Origin: Octopus vulgaris
Taxonomy: Eukaryota
NCBI GenBank assembly: GCA_951406725.2
Contig: OX597832.1
Location: forward strand, 15,624,001 to 15,688,000
DNA length: 64,000 bases
Direction: 5' to 3'
Both the position numbers and the translations under genes were made by a program. Of the stretch, positions 14,241 to 28,185 are shown piece by piece. How positions within the stretch are numbered: position 1 is the first letter of the stretch; every line of letters begins with the position of its first letter. The notes under the pieces are model-generated. The model saw only the letters and a list, made by a program, of their open reading frames with translations. It did no database searches and was not told where the DNA came from.

Positions 14241-15975
14241 ATGTAAACAGGTGCCTCTGCAGTTCATCATTCTAGGAAAAAGAACATATTTCTTTCATTG
14301 TAATGTGTTGTTTTTTATAAGAATTTCAAAGGCTTCGAATTGTATTCTATGTAATTTTGTGTCATGCAAAGTGTTCGTTTTGTAGAGATATCAAGATAGT
14401 TTGGCATGATTTTGAATGATTTTTCACATTTGATAGATTGGTGAAAGCATTTCAGCTCGGTAACATTAGAGAAGCAATGCACTGGTTAGTATTTGACGTG
14501 TATGGAATAAGAATCGAATCGATTTATATTTCTCCTATATGATATACTATAACTTATTTGAAGAATAAGCTATTTCATTAACATGAAACAAAGCAATTTG
14601 CTTACGTATGAGATTCGATCTACGATTTCGGTTTGACCACAACATTTGATATTTCCTCGGCTGTTCCCACACATGCTGGTGCAGATATGTCTTTCGGTGT
14701 ATCGACGATTGCGTAATGCGTCGTATTACTAAGCCACTATTGAATAACTTAATATTGTATGGAACACTGCGTGGTATAAGTAATTTCCAAGATTATTTAG
14801 TTCTCGGGAACGGACAGTATTGTTGTACGTCTGTCTGTGTATTTTGTTTTAATTCCTGTTGAGAGGTTAGTGCAAAGGATGAAACTGACAAGAAAAGTAT
14901 TTTGACTTTTCAGAAAATTTTAATATATGTTACATAACTTCATTTCTCTGAAGTTTTCTGAAAAAGTGAAATGAAAATTGATGGCAATATGTTCATGATG
15001 TGTTTTCTCTAGACAATAATTTCCATTTAAAATGTGTAATTATACAAAATTACACGCGACATTTAGAGACAAGACAGCAATTAAATTGAATATCAACACC
15101 TGAATTAAATTTCACGTGAGTAATTGACTACTGAGGATGTCAAATCAGTGCTAGCACAAAAAAAATTCTATTTGTAAAATAAAACAACGCTATCAGAAAA
15201 GTTGTAACGCATTTTATAATTACAAAATATATTTCGCACATACATACAGCACACTTGTACATCAGAATGTATCTGCGTGATTATTTGAATGTTTTTTTAA
15301 TTTTATTTCAGGTATTGTTATTGTAATTTGTAATGATTCACTTAAAAGATATTACAGCTAAGCTAAATTGAAATTGAATATATTCCGTTTTTTTTCCTTT
15401 ATGTGAGACATTGATATGATTTCACACATATATAGTAATTGTACTAACATACTACATTACAAGTATCAGTAAATCGCATTAGGTACAAATCACTGGATTT
15501 GATTTAGTTTTTCGATATCATCTGATGATATTGGCTTCATTTTATATAGTATAAAATCAGATCGTGCAGTAGATCTCATCTAAAACATACCTACTATTGG
15601 GCGTGTTTGATAATTCTTTACAACTATCTTCACTGTCTCTCTAATCTTGGTCATTTTCCCAATATTTCCAAGGTAATGTTTTAAATTTATAGTATTAACT
15701 CCTTCCTGTTCCATTGTTAAAACAATCTCATATTTATCGATATTACTATCTATATATTCTCCTTTTATCTAACTATTCTATTTCATGCTCGTACTATATA
15801 TTCCTTACCCAATTGTGCAGGTAGGTGAGGAATAGCATCCTGAAAGGCAGATCACGCTGCCATAATCTCCATGCTTAAGGTAAGAGCTAATGCAACGTTT
15901 GTGAAGATATGTAATTACTGTTTTATTTGTTTTCGTCTTCTATATAAGTTCCTACACGTGTATCTAAATTTCTTC

Positions 15976-16018
<43 letters not shown>

Positions 16019-16060
16019 TGTTATATCTATCTAGATATGAATGTATGTGTGTGTATGTGC

Positions 16061-16134
<74 letters not shown>

Positions 16135-16137
<3 letters not shown>

Positions 16138-16357
16138 CCTCTTGTACTGTCTTATATTCCTCCCCACCACTACAAACTCAATAACACTATAAATGGTCAA
16201 ACCTTTTCACATAGGAACTTAGTTCGATTAAAAAAACCCACTGGAATGGGAAAAAGCCCTAATACATGATCTAAGTTATATGATGTATAAAAACATGTAA
16301 TATACAAATAAATATCTATAAATATAAAACCATCTGAATTTCTGAATACCTCATTTC

Positions 16358-16404
<47 letters not shown>

Positions 16405-16694
16405 TGTACATTTTAACAAATAAGAGAAGGTCATAATAGGACATCTAACCCGCAAGAAGGAGAGGTTAAATTCTAAAACACTATTAGGGGTAATTCCGAA
16501 AGGGAATAAGAAAATTGACATTCACCAACTATTTCTTGTACCATGTTTTCAAGCTATAATAATTTGCTAGGCGCAGGAATCAGCAGCGGGAGAGCCAAGA
16601 TTAACATATAAATACGAGGCAATACAAAATATGCCCCGTGCTTACATGCTATAATTTGTCAGAACCACCGCTCAAACTTTCCTGCTGATGATTC

Positions 16695-16700
<6 letters not shown>
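16135..16700. mobile_element. Probable Penelope-like pLTR fragments inserted in (TA)n
   Basis: Non-repetitive blocks bounded by (TA)n. Ends ttctgaatacctcatttcttct and cctgctgatgattc resemble recalled PLE terminal repeats. Short inverted match gaatcagcagcgggagag / ctttcctgctgatgattc. Confidence 0.35.
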
Positions 16701-16740
<40 letters not shown>

Positions 16741-16970
16741 CTTTTAACCAGGGCACAGTCAGCATAATACATGTAAATCTTTCCTAATCTTTCGATGGCT
16801 TCCAGTCGTACATGTACTATAAGTTTTACTCGTATGTTTCATCATATTTTGGAAGATTATTTATGCCATTTCTTTCGAGGAAATGATTCATGATGTATTG
16901 CTGAATAATCAACGCCGTTTTAGAACTCAAATTTATGATATACATAATCTATAATTTTCTCACGCTGACC

Positions 16971-17012
<42 letters not shown>

Positions 17013-17883
17013 CTTCAATTATTTCATAGTAGAATATATGTGTGTGTGTTTGTCTTTTTTTGTGTGTATGTGTGCGCGCACGTGTATATTTTTGTGTGTT
17101 TTTGTGTACGTATTCGTGCGTTTTTGTGTGTGCATTTGCATGTGTCTGTTTCTGAGTGTTTGAGTTTTTGTGCATGTGAGTGAGTGTGTGTTGCATTTTC
17201 CCACTGCACAGCCTTTCTCCACACATGAATATTGTTGAGTGTCTGCCATATAAATTCACATGAATCAAATTATATGCGCATGCGTATTGCATATTAGTAT
17301 ATTAGCAGTTTTTTTCCTGGCTTGCGATTTGTATGAAGTCAGATATTTTCTTCCCAAAAACTGCTTGCATAATACATATGTAGGATGGAAAGATGACATT
17401 TCTTGACCGATATTTATACATTTTTCATTTGCAGGATGTGTGTTCTAAGGCTTTCTAAATATTAATAATCCAACAGGCGATGGCAACAGAGGGTTTAATT
17501 CTTAGATCAGTATCGAAAAAATCCTCTGCAATCCGTGTGATGCCTATCCCATTCGGGAACCCTCCACAATTCTGAAAACGCTTTTAAGGGAATCACTGTG
17601 GTGGGAAACAATGTAGGTTTAAGACATTATAAATTACATCAATGAAATTTATTTAATACCCTAACAAATAGCAATAAATATACGAAAGTGATTTTAACTA
17701 TAATAATGTATGACTAAAATATCTGGGTTATATATGCATTTCTAAATTATATATATGGACACGAAAAAGATAATGGAATAGCAAAGCGGAGATGCTAAAT
17801 AACAGGATGGCAGAACAAAATTACTTGTTCATTGCAGTTCAGGAAGTCACTGTGGAAATATATCAGAATTTAGAAAGAAATAT

Positions 17884-17933
<50 letters not shown>

Positions 17934-20013
17934 TAAATCTTTCACTGAAGAGGGATCCGGTTTCCAACAAACATACAAGACTCCATCTTTCAGATGTATT
18001 TAACACAGACAAACTGACATTTGGAACTTGAGGAAAGTCGTGCACATTTTTACTGCTCTACTCACAGATTGCACTTGTAACGTACGAATTAGCCGGTCGA
18101 TTTCCCTTTCTGAAAATCGGAGTTTATCCAAGTTCCCCTTTAAACATTTACTAACAAAACCTAATGCTCCAGTAATTATTGGTATAAATATGAATTCATT
18201 GTCTTGATATAGAAGCTGGATGTTTCGAAGTAGTTGTCCATATATAACCTCATTTTGTCTGATCTGACAGAGATATTTATGTTTGACCTGTTATTAATAC
18301 AACAGAATTATCATCCATGCTACGACACGACCAAATTACAAGATTAATGCATATGAGAGATAGAATTGTCTTCTGGATTTGTAACATTCTAGGTAAGCTA
18401 AACCTTCACATAATGAAAGGCTTGGAATTTTAGATTTCTTGAAACACCAATGACATTGAACTAAACATCAGAATAGTGATACGAAATATATGTTAACATG
18501 TATTTCATCATTGAAATCCTTATGCAGTCTGGTTTCGGATGGTAAAGGCAAGCATTGATTGTACTTAAGCATGGACATCAATAATCTGAAATGTCCATAT
18601 AAATTTATCTCCTTTACATAACGAACTAATTAAAAACTTTACCTATTGTCTTTAAATGAAGTAAAGCTATTTCGTACTATTCAGATGCAATATTCCTGAG
18701 AATGAAATTTCGGAATGCTCTTATTAGGAATTGTTCAATTCAAGATGGAGGAAACTGTAAGATTGTGAATTGATTAGTTGTGGCAAAGATCAATTAAAGA
18801 TCATTGTACATTAATCAAGCCTCGGGTATTGAAACAGTTTCATTGAAATTCATATCGTATAAACTAACTCATAAATTTATATTAAAGGTATTATACAATT
18901 CACACTTTTATTCAATGTATAATTCCTGCCATGTTTATGTATAACAAAAATATTTAAGGGTCTCTGTCGTTCGCAAAATTGCCAGCCGTTAAGCTAACCT
19001 ATTATGCAGATGGGATATATGAATATTACCGCGCATATAAAATTCTATACAGAAGCTGGATTTAATTATACTTTGCATTAGTATTATAGCATTTATAGTA
19101 AACGAGACGATCTTGCTATCAAAAGTTCCGTAGTTTTATAAACACGAGTACTTAAGGCATCACATTATGTGTACAACGATATATATGTACGTGTTGCCAC
19201 CAATGTATGGGTTTGATATATGTATGGCATATTTGTGCGTGATTTCAAAGATGGTGTGCAGGGATTGGATTGTCTTTCTGTAAATAACTATTCTGTGAAG
19301 AATTTATATACAAAAACATTTTTGATATCTACATAAAATATTTATATAAACGGAACTACGAATATGGACTTCATTTGATATGTCCATGTATGAATGTACA
19401 CACGGGTTCCTTATCTACCAGCTTTCACTAAAACTTTTACAGTTTCACTCTTATTAAATATTACACGGTAAGGTAGACTGGGGATGAAAACCCTGAATTC
19501 AGTCAATAGGGGATATGTTTTCTATAACTATAATTCATTGCGCATGTGCAGCTTATGGATACGAAGTTCATTTCTGAAATGTATTCTGTAGTAAACAAAT
19601 CATTTTTTCGGGTGGAGTGTAAAATACCAAGAAATCTGCAAGTTAAATAAGTTTCAGTTGATAACTGTACATCATATATAGTAGATAAATTACTTGAAAT
19701 TACATTGATGCACATGAAGTTGAATTTCATATAGCGAGTTGTTAAGCTAGAATCTACAAGATTGGCACTGTTTTTATTCCATGCTGTATATCATTACGTT
19801 TCATCGTATATATTGTCACGTAATGTGTTCCAGGATCAGTATATTTAGAACTTAAACATAGCCTCATAAAATATAAGATGCTGAACTACGAATACTCTTG
19901 TGTTTTCCTCTACGAAATACATGTTTATTTAATTATCTGACGCTGTCCATATCATCAAGCATAATAATTATCAATGATTCTCAAATTGGTACATCAACCT
20001 TCAAATTTACCAT

Positions 20014-20205
<192 letters not shown>

Positions 20206-21590
20206 ACATATCGTATTTCTCATCCTGTAGTAATAAAGTCAAATACAAGGTAATTCTTTCATCTGTTATGAACAATGACATGACATCTCTGAATTACTCG
20301 ACTAATTACTGATACACACATTAAACCGACGTAAAGAAACGCAATTCCTTCCTGTCCAAACATTGCTTTATGTGACAAAATATTCCCTTCTGAAGTAACA
20401 TTTAACTTTTTCGAATAGCACAACACTCTTAAAACATTTTATTACATAAAATATTCGGAAGGTAAATATTATAGCTCACTTTCTGTAGTTTTATGTGAAA
20501 GTGAAACGTACTTTACACTAACTGACCAAAGCGGTATTTTCACCTCTAACACTGAATGTATATTATAGATCCTGAAAAAAGATTCATAGACGTGATTAGT
20601 ACAGATATCGTAAATAATGTTGATAAGCAAACAAATTTCAATGGTATATCAGTACGAAATCTGTCGTTAATTGGTTCAATGAAATAAGCAATAACACTTA
20701 AACTTAGAGCAAATTCATTCGTCTTGGGTATTGTACATTTTTGTGATACTATCTCTAATATAATAGATCAATAAATACAGTAGCAGAAATGGACAAATAA
20801 ATCATATTAAAAATGATATAAATATTGGTATTAACAGACACGCCTGGAAATGTCTACATTCTCACAAATGAGTAGGAAAAAACAATTTACCAATATATAC
20901 TTTAAGAGTGGAAATATGTATGTTAATGTCTTTCATTATGCATCAAAAAAATGATAACTAAAGTCTCCAAAATCTCTGTTAATTGTAGGGTCGTTTACTA
21001 AGAATACTGAATCTCATTATCACAGTTCGCTATTGCATTGTCTCAGCAAATGTTAGTTAATCCACACATTAGTTCACATAAGAAGTAAGTTTAAAATATA
21101 GTAGAATAACAATAATATATACAAATATATTCACAGGTCATACAAGTGTCAGCCGTATATAGGACTTTAATCTCCTTTCTGCCAAAACTTTAGATGTAAA
21201 ACTCTTCCCTGGTGAGGAAGACTAGTATTATCAATTACAATAGCTCTCTTCCCTATATGTATATATATATATGTTTACATATACATACATACATACATAC
21301 ATACATACATACATACATACATTATTACGTATATCTGAAGTATTGTATAGACAGAAATCTCATTGGTAATATTCCTGTCTATAATGAAATAAAAATTTAA
21401 TTTCAATAACGCCCCACCTTTTTCGTTCAACGTTATATGTAGAAGTATCTAGGAACGCCATGGTATTAAATAAACCCAAATTGGGCGTCAGAATTTGAAA
21501 TATGATAACACTTCAGTATTCTTTCTCTCAACAGCCTTATGGAAAGAAAAATCGTCATTGCCGAAAGGAGGAAAGGCAAAGCTGACCATG

Positions 21591-21753
<163 letters not shown>

Positions 21754-21769
21754 GTATATATGTATACAA

Positions 21770-21917
21770 GACGGGACTTTTTCAGTTTCCATCTACCACC
21801 TACTCTCGTAAATCTTTGATCCACCTAAGGCTATTGCAGAAGATACCGTGCAGATTTTCTCAGAGTAGGACTGAACCCGGAATCATGTGTTGAGGATTCA
21901 AGCTTCTGACCACACAC
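21770..21917 (-). mobile_element. SINE family C head fragment
   Basis: Matches the 5' half of 22908-23311 (ggactgaacccggaatcatgtg; tttcagtttccatctacca). Confidence 0.75.
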
Positions 21918-22609
21918 ACAAGACTTCACTTAGAAATTTCATTCTGTTTTACATCCACTGTGTTGAGTGCAGGAGCAAATTACGTGGTTACAGCACAATA
22001 TTCTTAATGAAAATGTTCTCGTTCTATCAATTACCTTCACTTGCAGACTATTAAAGTGCAATCGATTTTTAAAATATATCATGGAGCTATATTAAAAATT
22101 TTCGAAAAAAATTAATGAACAATATTATCTGGTAAGTTAGTGTTGTAAATGTAAAATTGTAATCGAAATGGAAATAAAAAAAAAAAAACAGTAGTTAAAT
22201 AAAATTTTAATCCAGTTTGAGAAATAACTTCTTTTAGTATCCACTCAATATAAATTGCCTAAATTTGCCACGAATTCGTGCTTTGAATTATGACGATAAT
22301 ATTGCAAGGAAAGTACAATATTTTCCTATCAATTTTATATTTCACATCATTTAATCATAATTTTGTAGATTATTATAGTTCTTACTCTTGCTATGTTTTC
22401 ACTGATAATTCTGCATATACTCACAACCGTCTCCCACATTTATTCTAATTTTTATCTACAACCTTCTCCAACCCCTAAAACTATCCCTCTTCTACACCCT
22501 ACACCTCCTCATCATCCTCATCCTCATCTTCCTCATTATCGTAAAAGGCAATTATTAATAATAATCGAAATCTCTTCTGAGAGATTTGGATTGAACTATC
22601 TACGGTTAT

Positions 22610-22842
22610 TTCTGTTTATTCTTTTAACTGTTTCAGTCACTTCACTGCATCCACCTGCTGGGGCACCACCTTCAAGGGTTTTAAATCGAACAAATCGACA
22701 CCGAGCTTAATTTCTTTAAGCGTAATATTTATACTGTATCTTAAGCCGAACCGATATGTTGCGGGGACATAAATATACCAACACCGGTTATCAACCGGTG
22801 GTGAGAGATATGAACGCACATATACATGTATACACACACACA

Positions 22843-22870
<28 letters not shown>
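22610..22870 (-). mobile_element. SINE family C 3' fragment
   Basis: tgtttcagtcac...gctggggcaccacc...gccgaaccgatatgttgcggggacataaa...aacaccggtt. Confidence 0.75.
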
Positions 22871-22907
<37 letters not shown>

Positions 22908-22909
<2 letters not shown>

Positions 22910-23308
22910 TCTTTTACTCTTTTCTCTTTTACTTGTTTCAGTCATTTTACTGCGGCCATGCTGGAGCACCGTCTTTAATCGAACAACTCGACTTATTTTT
23001 TAAGCCCAGTACTTATTCTATCGGTCTCTTTTTGCCGAACCGCTAAGTAGCAGGGACATAAACACACCATCATCGGTTGTGAAGGTAGGGGGACAAACAC
23101 AGACACACAAACATATACACACACACTTATATATATATACATATATACGACGGGCCTCTTTCAATTTCCGTCTACCAACTCCACTAACAAGGCTTTGGTT
23201 TGTCCGAGGCTATAGCAGAAGACAGATGCCCAAGATGCCACGCAGTGGGACTGAACCCGGAACCATGTGGTTGGTAAAAAAGCTACTTACCACACATCCA
23301 CCCCTGCG

Positions 23309-23311
<3 letters not shown>
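22908..23311 (-). mobile_element. SINE family C (tRNA head, internal TA/TG microsatellite, gagtaaaa-type tail), full length
   Basis: Head ggcgcaggggtggatgtgtggtaagtagctt, B-box-like gggttcagtcccac, tail aaacaagtaaaagag. Paralog at 54125-54522. Confidence 0.9.
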
Positions 23312-23388
<77 letters not shown>

Positions 23389-23419
23389 TGTGAATGTATA
23401 TGTATGTGTATGTGTGTGC

Positions 23420-23630
23420 GTTCGTGTGTCTGCGTTTGTCCCACCAGCATCGCTTGACAACAGATGGTGGTGTGTTTACGCTCCCGTAACTTTGTGGTTC
23501 GCCAAAAGAAAGCGATATAATAAGTACTAGCTTTCAAAGATTAAATCCCGGGGTGGATTTGTTCGACTAAATGCGATGTTCCAGCATGGCCACACACAAA
23601 AAACAAATAAAGGAATAACAGAATAACATA
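23420..23630 (+). mobile_element. SINE family C 3' half, inverted relative to its neighbour
   Basis: tttgtcccaccagcatcgcttgacaac...aataagtactag...gttccagcatggcc is the reverse complement of part of 22908-23110. Confidence 0.85.
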
Positions 23631-25066
23631 TATATATATATTTTTTCTTATTTTAAAATCTTAATATATCATATACAATATAACTTAAATTATAGTATTC
23701 AATTTTCGTATCTTTTACCGTTTTTTACTATTTATGAGGTGCTCCGCGCCGGATGCCGGAATGATATCTCATCACACTGTGTAGCTTTTGGGTGCTGCTT
23801 TTATTTCTAGCACTGAATAGCCTACCTCCTGTGCATGTAGAAACTGTTTAACCTCCGTCGGTAATGTACCTAGGAGAAAGAAATATCTAAAATAACACCT
23901 GAATCCTTCGATGTTCCCGTTGATGTCAATTCTCATGTCACGTACGTACATATATACATACGTACATGTATATAACTATATGTTGCTTAAAGCATTTGCA
24001 TTTAAAATATCTGACAGCATGATAAATTTTATGTATTCAGCTAACTTCAAAAATCAAAGTAGATAAATTAATATATAATGCAATTATTGAGTTAAAACTC
24101 TCAATGGATGGTAGAAAATTGATATAACGAAAGTGAATGTAAGAGAAAAAGAAGAGGGTACGAGAGAGTGTAGCTATCTTAAAAAAAAAAATTGCTTCAC
24201 TGATAAAGATAAATAAATATTATTGTCTGGAATTTTGCTGATAAATGTTTTCATTCGCTTTACACCGTCACCAGAAGATATTTGCACTCACCTGTTCTCG
24301 TGCAAATACTATTTTTGTGCATGTGTCTCCATATTTTCAAATATACATAAATAATTGTTGTATATATAAATATTCACAAATAACAGTTATATATATATAT
24401 ATATACATTTGCAATGACCTTTATATAGATCAATTAAAAATTTGTGAATATATATATATATATATTAAATATATTTATCTTCCAATGCTTGTGAACTAAC
24501 ATAATTATTTGTATAGGACTATACATATTTTTCCAAGTAATGCATAATGCATCTTATCAAACACTTACACACAGTGGCCTAAGGCCAATAATGCAATTTC
24601 GTGTTTCCACATAAACAGCTGCACGTTGATAAACGAATATACTTTTCGTAAATATCAATCATAATTTCATTTAAATTCTGGGTGAGAGTATTTTAATTTC
24701 TATTCCGTTTGCTTTTCAAATTCCCGAAATAATTAAGTGAATTATTCAAGATTAAATTTCAGATTTAATACGAATATGTAAGGGAAATTGCACGTGAGGA
24801 ATGTAAAGCAATAGAAAAAGTTGAATCTGTATTTCATTTCTGTATGTTTCCTTATGACAAAAAATTGATATGTGGAAGTTTGCGTGAATTTATTCAATTC
24901 TCTAAGGAGGTATTTCATGTTCCAGAAGTATTTGACTTGTGCATATGTACCTATCGTAAAACATCTCAAATCGTAACACTAATCCAGGAATATATTTAAT
25001 TTCATAAGGTTTCAATCAAGTGGAAACATGCACGTACAAACACAGACAAACACATACCCATATATA

Positions 25067-25315
25067 TAACTTAGAATAACTTAGAAAGGTTTTGGCCAGT
25101 ATTGGCCCAGGCCATGTCTAACTTAATAGCACCACCTGGCGAAGTCTTTCAATTCAGGATTTGGGCACCGAGGCCCATTCGAGCAGAGAGTTTTTGTTTG
25201 CGGAGTCATGTCCGGGTGTGGGTGGTTTGTCCGGGACTGTTTGAAGGAATCTGTCCAAAGACTTGTTGAATTTTGTGTGGTTAGTTTCTGTTTTGACGTG
25301 GCCTGGTGTAATGTT
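25067..25315 (-). mobile_element. 5'-truncated CR1/L2-group LINE 3' end
   Basis: ORF C-terminus KFNKSLDRFLQTVPDKPPTPGHDSANKNSLLEW matches FK..LD.FL..IPD.P..PG....NSL. Short 3' UTR ending in a tandem GTTATTCTAA tail. Confidence 0.75.
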
Positions 25316-25625
25316 ATATATGTTTATATGTATGTATGTATGTATAAAATATAAATTAGAGATAAAACCACTATTATGCAACTCATACAAGGACAGATAT
25401 AAACCAATACATAAATAACAAATAATATATATAATTAATATAAGCTCTCTTTATATATATCTATATATATATACTTTTTTCTGCCATTATAAAATGAAGG
25501 ATAAATATAATAAGTATATTATAATATTAGTTACTATATTAAAATACAATATTACTTATTATATCATATTTATCATTCACTTTATAGTGTTTGAATATAT
25601 ATATATATATTAATATATAAATACT

Positions 25626-25669
<44 letters not shown>

Positions 25670-25686
25670 TATATAAATACTTAAAT

Positions 25687-25730
<44 letters not shown>

Positions 25731-25754
25731 TTAAATGGATATATATATATATAT

Positions 25755-26442
25755 GCCTTCATGACGCATTGCACCCTTTGTCATTTGTGACCAAGTGTAT
25801 GCTGTAGTCAGCAATTTCGTAATAGGTAGGAATTTGAAACAATGCCCAAACATCCCGTTTTGCGTTTAAATAGGAACATGACCTCGAAATAGATTGATCA
25901 TGCTTCGGCAAGCTTACGGTGAGGAGCCAATCTGTTGTTCCCAATTTTCGAAGTAGCACCATCGAGTTAAATGCGGAAGAACAACTGGGGAAGACGATGA
26001 GCGATTTGGAAGAACTACCACGAACGTCAACTCCGTAAATATGTATAGAATATGTCAGCTTCTGTATGAGAGTCGTCGCAGGACAATCAACGGCATTGCT
26101 AATGTTGTTGACCCGTCGTACGGGTCGGTCGTATGTGTCCGTCGTATGGGACAGCGTGATCCATCCTTCCTCTCGAGGATCAACACCGGGACGAGAATTG
26201 GGTCTAACGGTACGACCTGTAGAGAGCACGACAGAAAGAATCTTTCCCAAGGCAAATACTGTTATACTGCGACAAACTGAAGCGTTTTCGGGAGTACTAA
26301 ACCGTGTCACCAAGCTGTTCACACTTGTGATATCGGCTCAGCACACACGCTATTCACCAGATGTAGCAGTGCGTAAAGTGAATACCTCGATATAATTTTC
26401 ATCAAACTTAAATCGACCGCGAAACTTTTGATACCGCTATGT
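25755..26442 (+). mobile_element. Decayed mariner transposon (internally deleted transposase)
   Basis: Plus frames give LRQAYGEE, EDDERFGRTT, QLLYESRRRTINGIANVVDPSYGS and DPSFLSRINTG/DENWV*RYD (HTH plus first catalytic D). TIR-like 3' end aaacttttgataccgctatgta. The 187-aa minus ORF is its antisense shadow. Confidence 0.85.
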
Positions 26443-27736
26443 ATGTTCAAGTTATTTTATATTCTGAAGATCTCAAAGCCATCTGATTTTCACTAGAATA
26501 TAAATAATTTGGAGATTGACAAGAAATGAATAAAGATGTAAAAAAATTGCTTACATATTCATAAATGAATTTATATAGAATGACGAAATGCCAAAATTAT
26601 TTTTGAATTTTTTTAGTCTCATCTTGAAAAATTCATACTCCTTCTGTACGTAAGTTTTACGCGAAATATATGACTGAAAAAAATATCTTTCTAAATATAA
26701 CATTCGAAATACTGAACACCCGAGATTTCACCTTAGAATAACATTTCTGTTACCCAACACATATCTAGAGTTGACATTCGTGTAATCACATAGAATCTAA
26801 CTGGAAGTCGCTTATATTATACACCGATGAATTCAAAGTATTGTAAATATAGTATGGTAAACATAATCACTGTAATTATAAAGAGGAATGTCTATTTTAC
26901 AAAATTAAAACTTCATTAGATGGTTGCACGTGACAATATATTCACGAAGATGTTAAGTGGTCACAATCCCTGATGTGCTGCACTTTGTTGCTCCATTATG
27001 AAATTTTGCGCATAAGAATGGGAAGTAAGAAAATACATTATCAATGTTGATATGAATTAAAGTCACTTAAGAATTTTAACCCTGTAATTATTCAAAATTT
27101 CCATGAAGGCTTTAGAAAACAAGGAAATCGAAACTGCCTCACCATTTTATGTGATAAGTATCAGATCAAATAATATGAGCGTGTTTAGATATTTGGTGTT
27201 TCGGCATGCTTTTACGTATTCAACATAAAGGATATTCATACTAACTACCATTAACATATGGTAATCAAATGTAGAACAAAACGTCTCCCTTTATGAACTA
27301 CAGAAACACTATGCTCGATACAGCATCTCACTCAATTGAGCATTTCGCCAGGTTAGAAGAAATTTTAATTGAACGTTCAGCGCAAATTATGTGACTCAAA
27401 ATATACCAATATAAACAGCTTACTTCTCCATTAAGCAACGTAATTTTATTCCAATTTTGGTGGTCATTTATTAAATCTAAACAGCAGTAATACTTGGAGG
27501 AAAAGAGAATTATAAATGAAAATGTGATACTATCTAAAATATTATTTACGAAGGTTTTCTCACTTAATTGACTCCCAATTCTTTTAAAACTGTACTTAAG
27601 CACTTCTATTTTACTTGCAAAGCATTTACGCACTCTCGAACATTCTCTAAGTTTGATTATACTGTATAATAATCTACGCTCAATTCTAGAAGCTGTACAA
27701 AATTGGAGAATTATATGGCTTAGTCTGTATAGCTGA

Positions 27737-28048
27737 TAGGCGTGTCTGTGTGGTAAGAAGCTTGTTTCCCAACCATATGGTTTCCGATTCAGTTCCACTG
27801 CGTGGTAACTGTGGCAGGTCTCATGTACTATAGCCTCCGGTCGAACATGGTTTTTGTAGAGGGTAACGGAAAGAATCTGTCATATATAGGTATATATGTT
27901 TATTCATGTGTTGCCGTTTCTTATTAAAGTACTAAGCTTATAAATAATAAATCATGTGTTCGATATGTTCCACTGAAGCCCTTAAATGCGGTGTACTCTA
28001 GCATGGTTGCAGTTATATGTCTGAAACAAGGAGAGGAATAAAAGAATA
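27737..28048 (+). mobile_element. Degenerate SINE family C copy
   Basis: ctgtgtggtaagaagcttgtttcccaaccatatgg...cagttccactgcgtgg...tagcatggttgcag...ctgaaacaag. Confidence 0.8.
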
Positions 28049-28185
28049 TACACACAAACACACACTGACACGCACATGTGTATATATATTGAATTAAAAT
28101 AGCGGAGAAAAAAGACCTGAGACATAGGACGGTCCAAAAGAAAAGGAATAAGGAGGAAAAATCGATAACAGTCTATGTGTAACTA

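Larger units (their letters stand above)
4619..14884 (-). pseudogene. Decayed multi-exon immunoglobulin-superfamily (multi-Ig + TM) receptor gene
   Basis: Minus-strand segments mostly bounded by AG/GT: 14606-14884 (279 nt, phase 1-1: C..SWK...NSGLVIRRIT..TY/CTSMC), 12084-12299 (216 nt, phase 1-1), 11581-11901 (L.TC..W...LIWTNI../NTFGNYNCEMYC), 11243-11352 (GTAAGT donor, ends at a W codon), ~10650-10804 (YQCTIGNG; 3' end uncertain), 7512-7808 (PRL..NISL..LYC../TLRL*NV...NNGR), 4899-5052 (hydrophobic IVMSISFIIYTIVACLFVIWCAF), 4619-4791 (charged tail). Stops and frameshifts throughout. Domain calls are by eye. Confidence 0.45.

Noticed and set aside
17433-17615. Exon-like island with splice signals on both strands
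   Set aside because: Stops in all frames from the candidate acceptors; no recognisable motif.
21215-21232. ggaagactagt resembling miR-7 (similar partial matches to miR-133 at ~36766 and miR-9 at ~55062)
   Set aside because: Only 11-13 nt match and no hairpin; expected by chance.
25759-26322. 187-aa minus ORF, the longest complex ORF in the window
   Set aside because: Antisense shadow of a decayed plus-strand mariner transposase.
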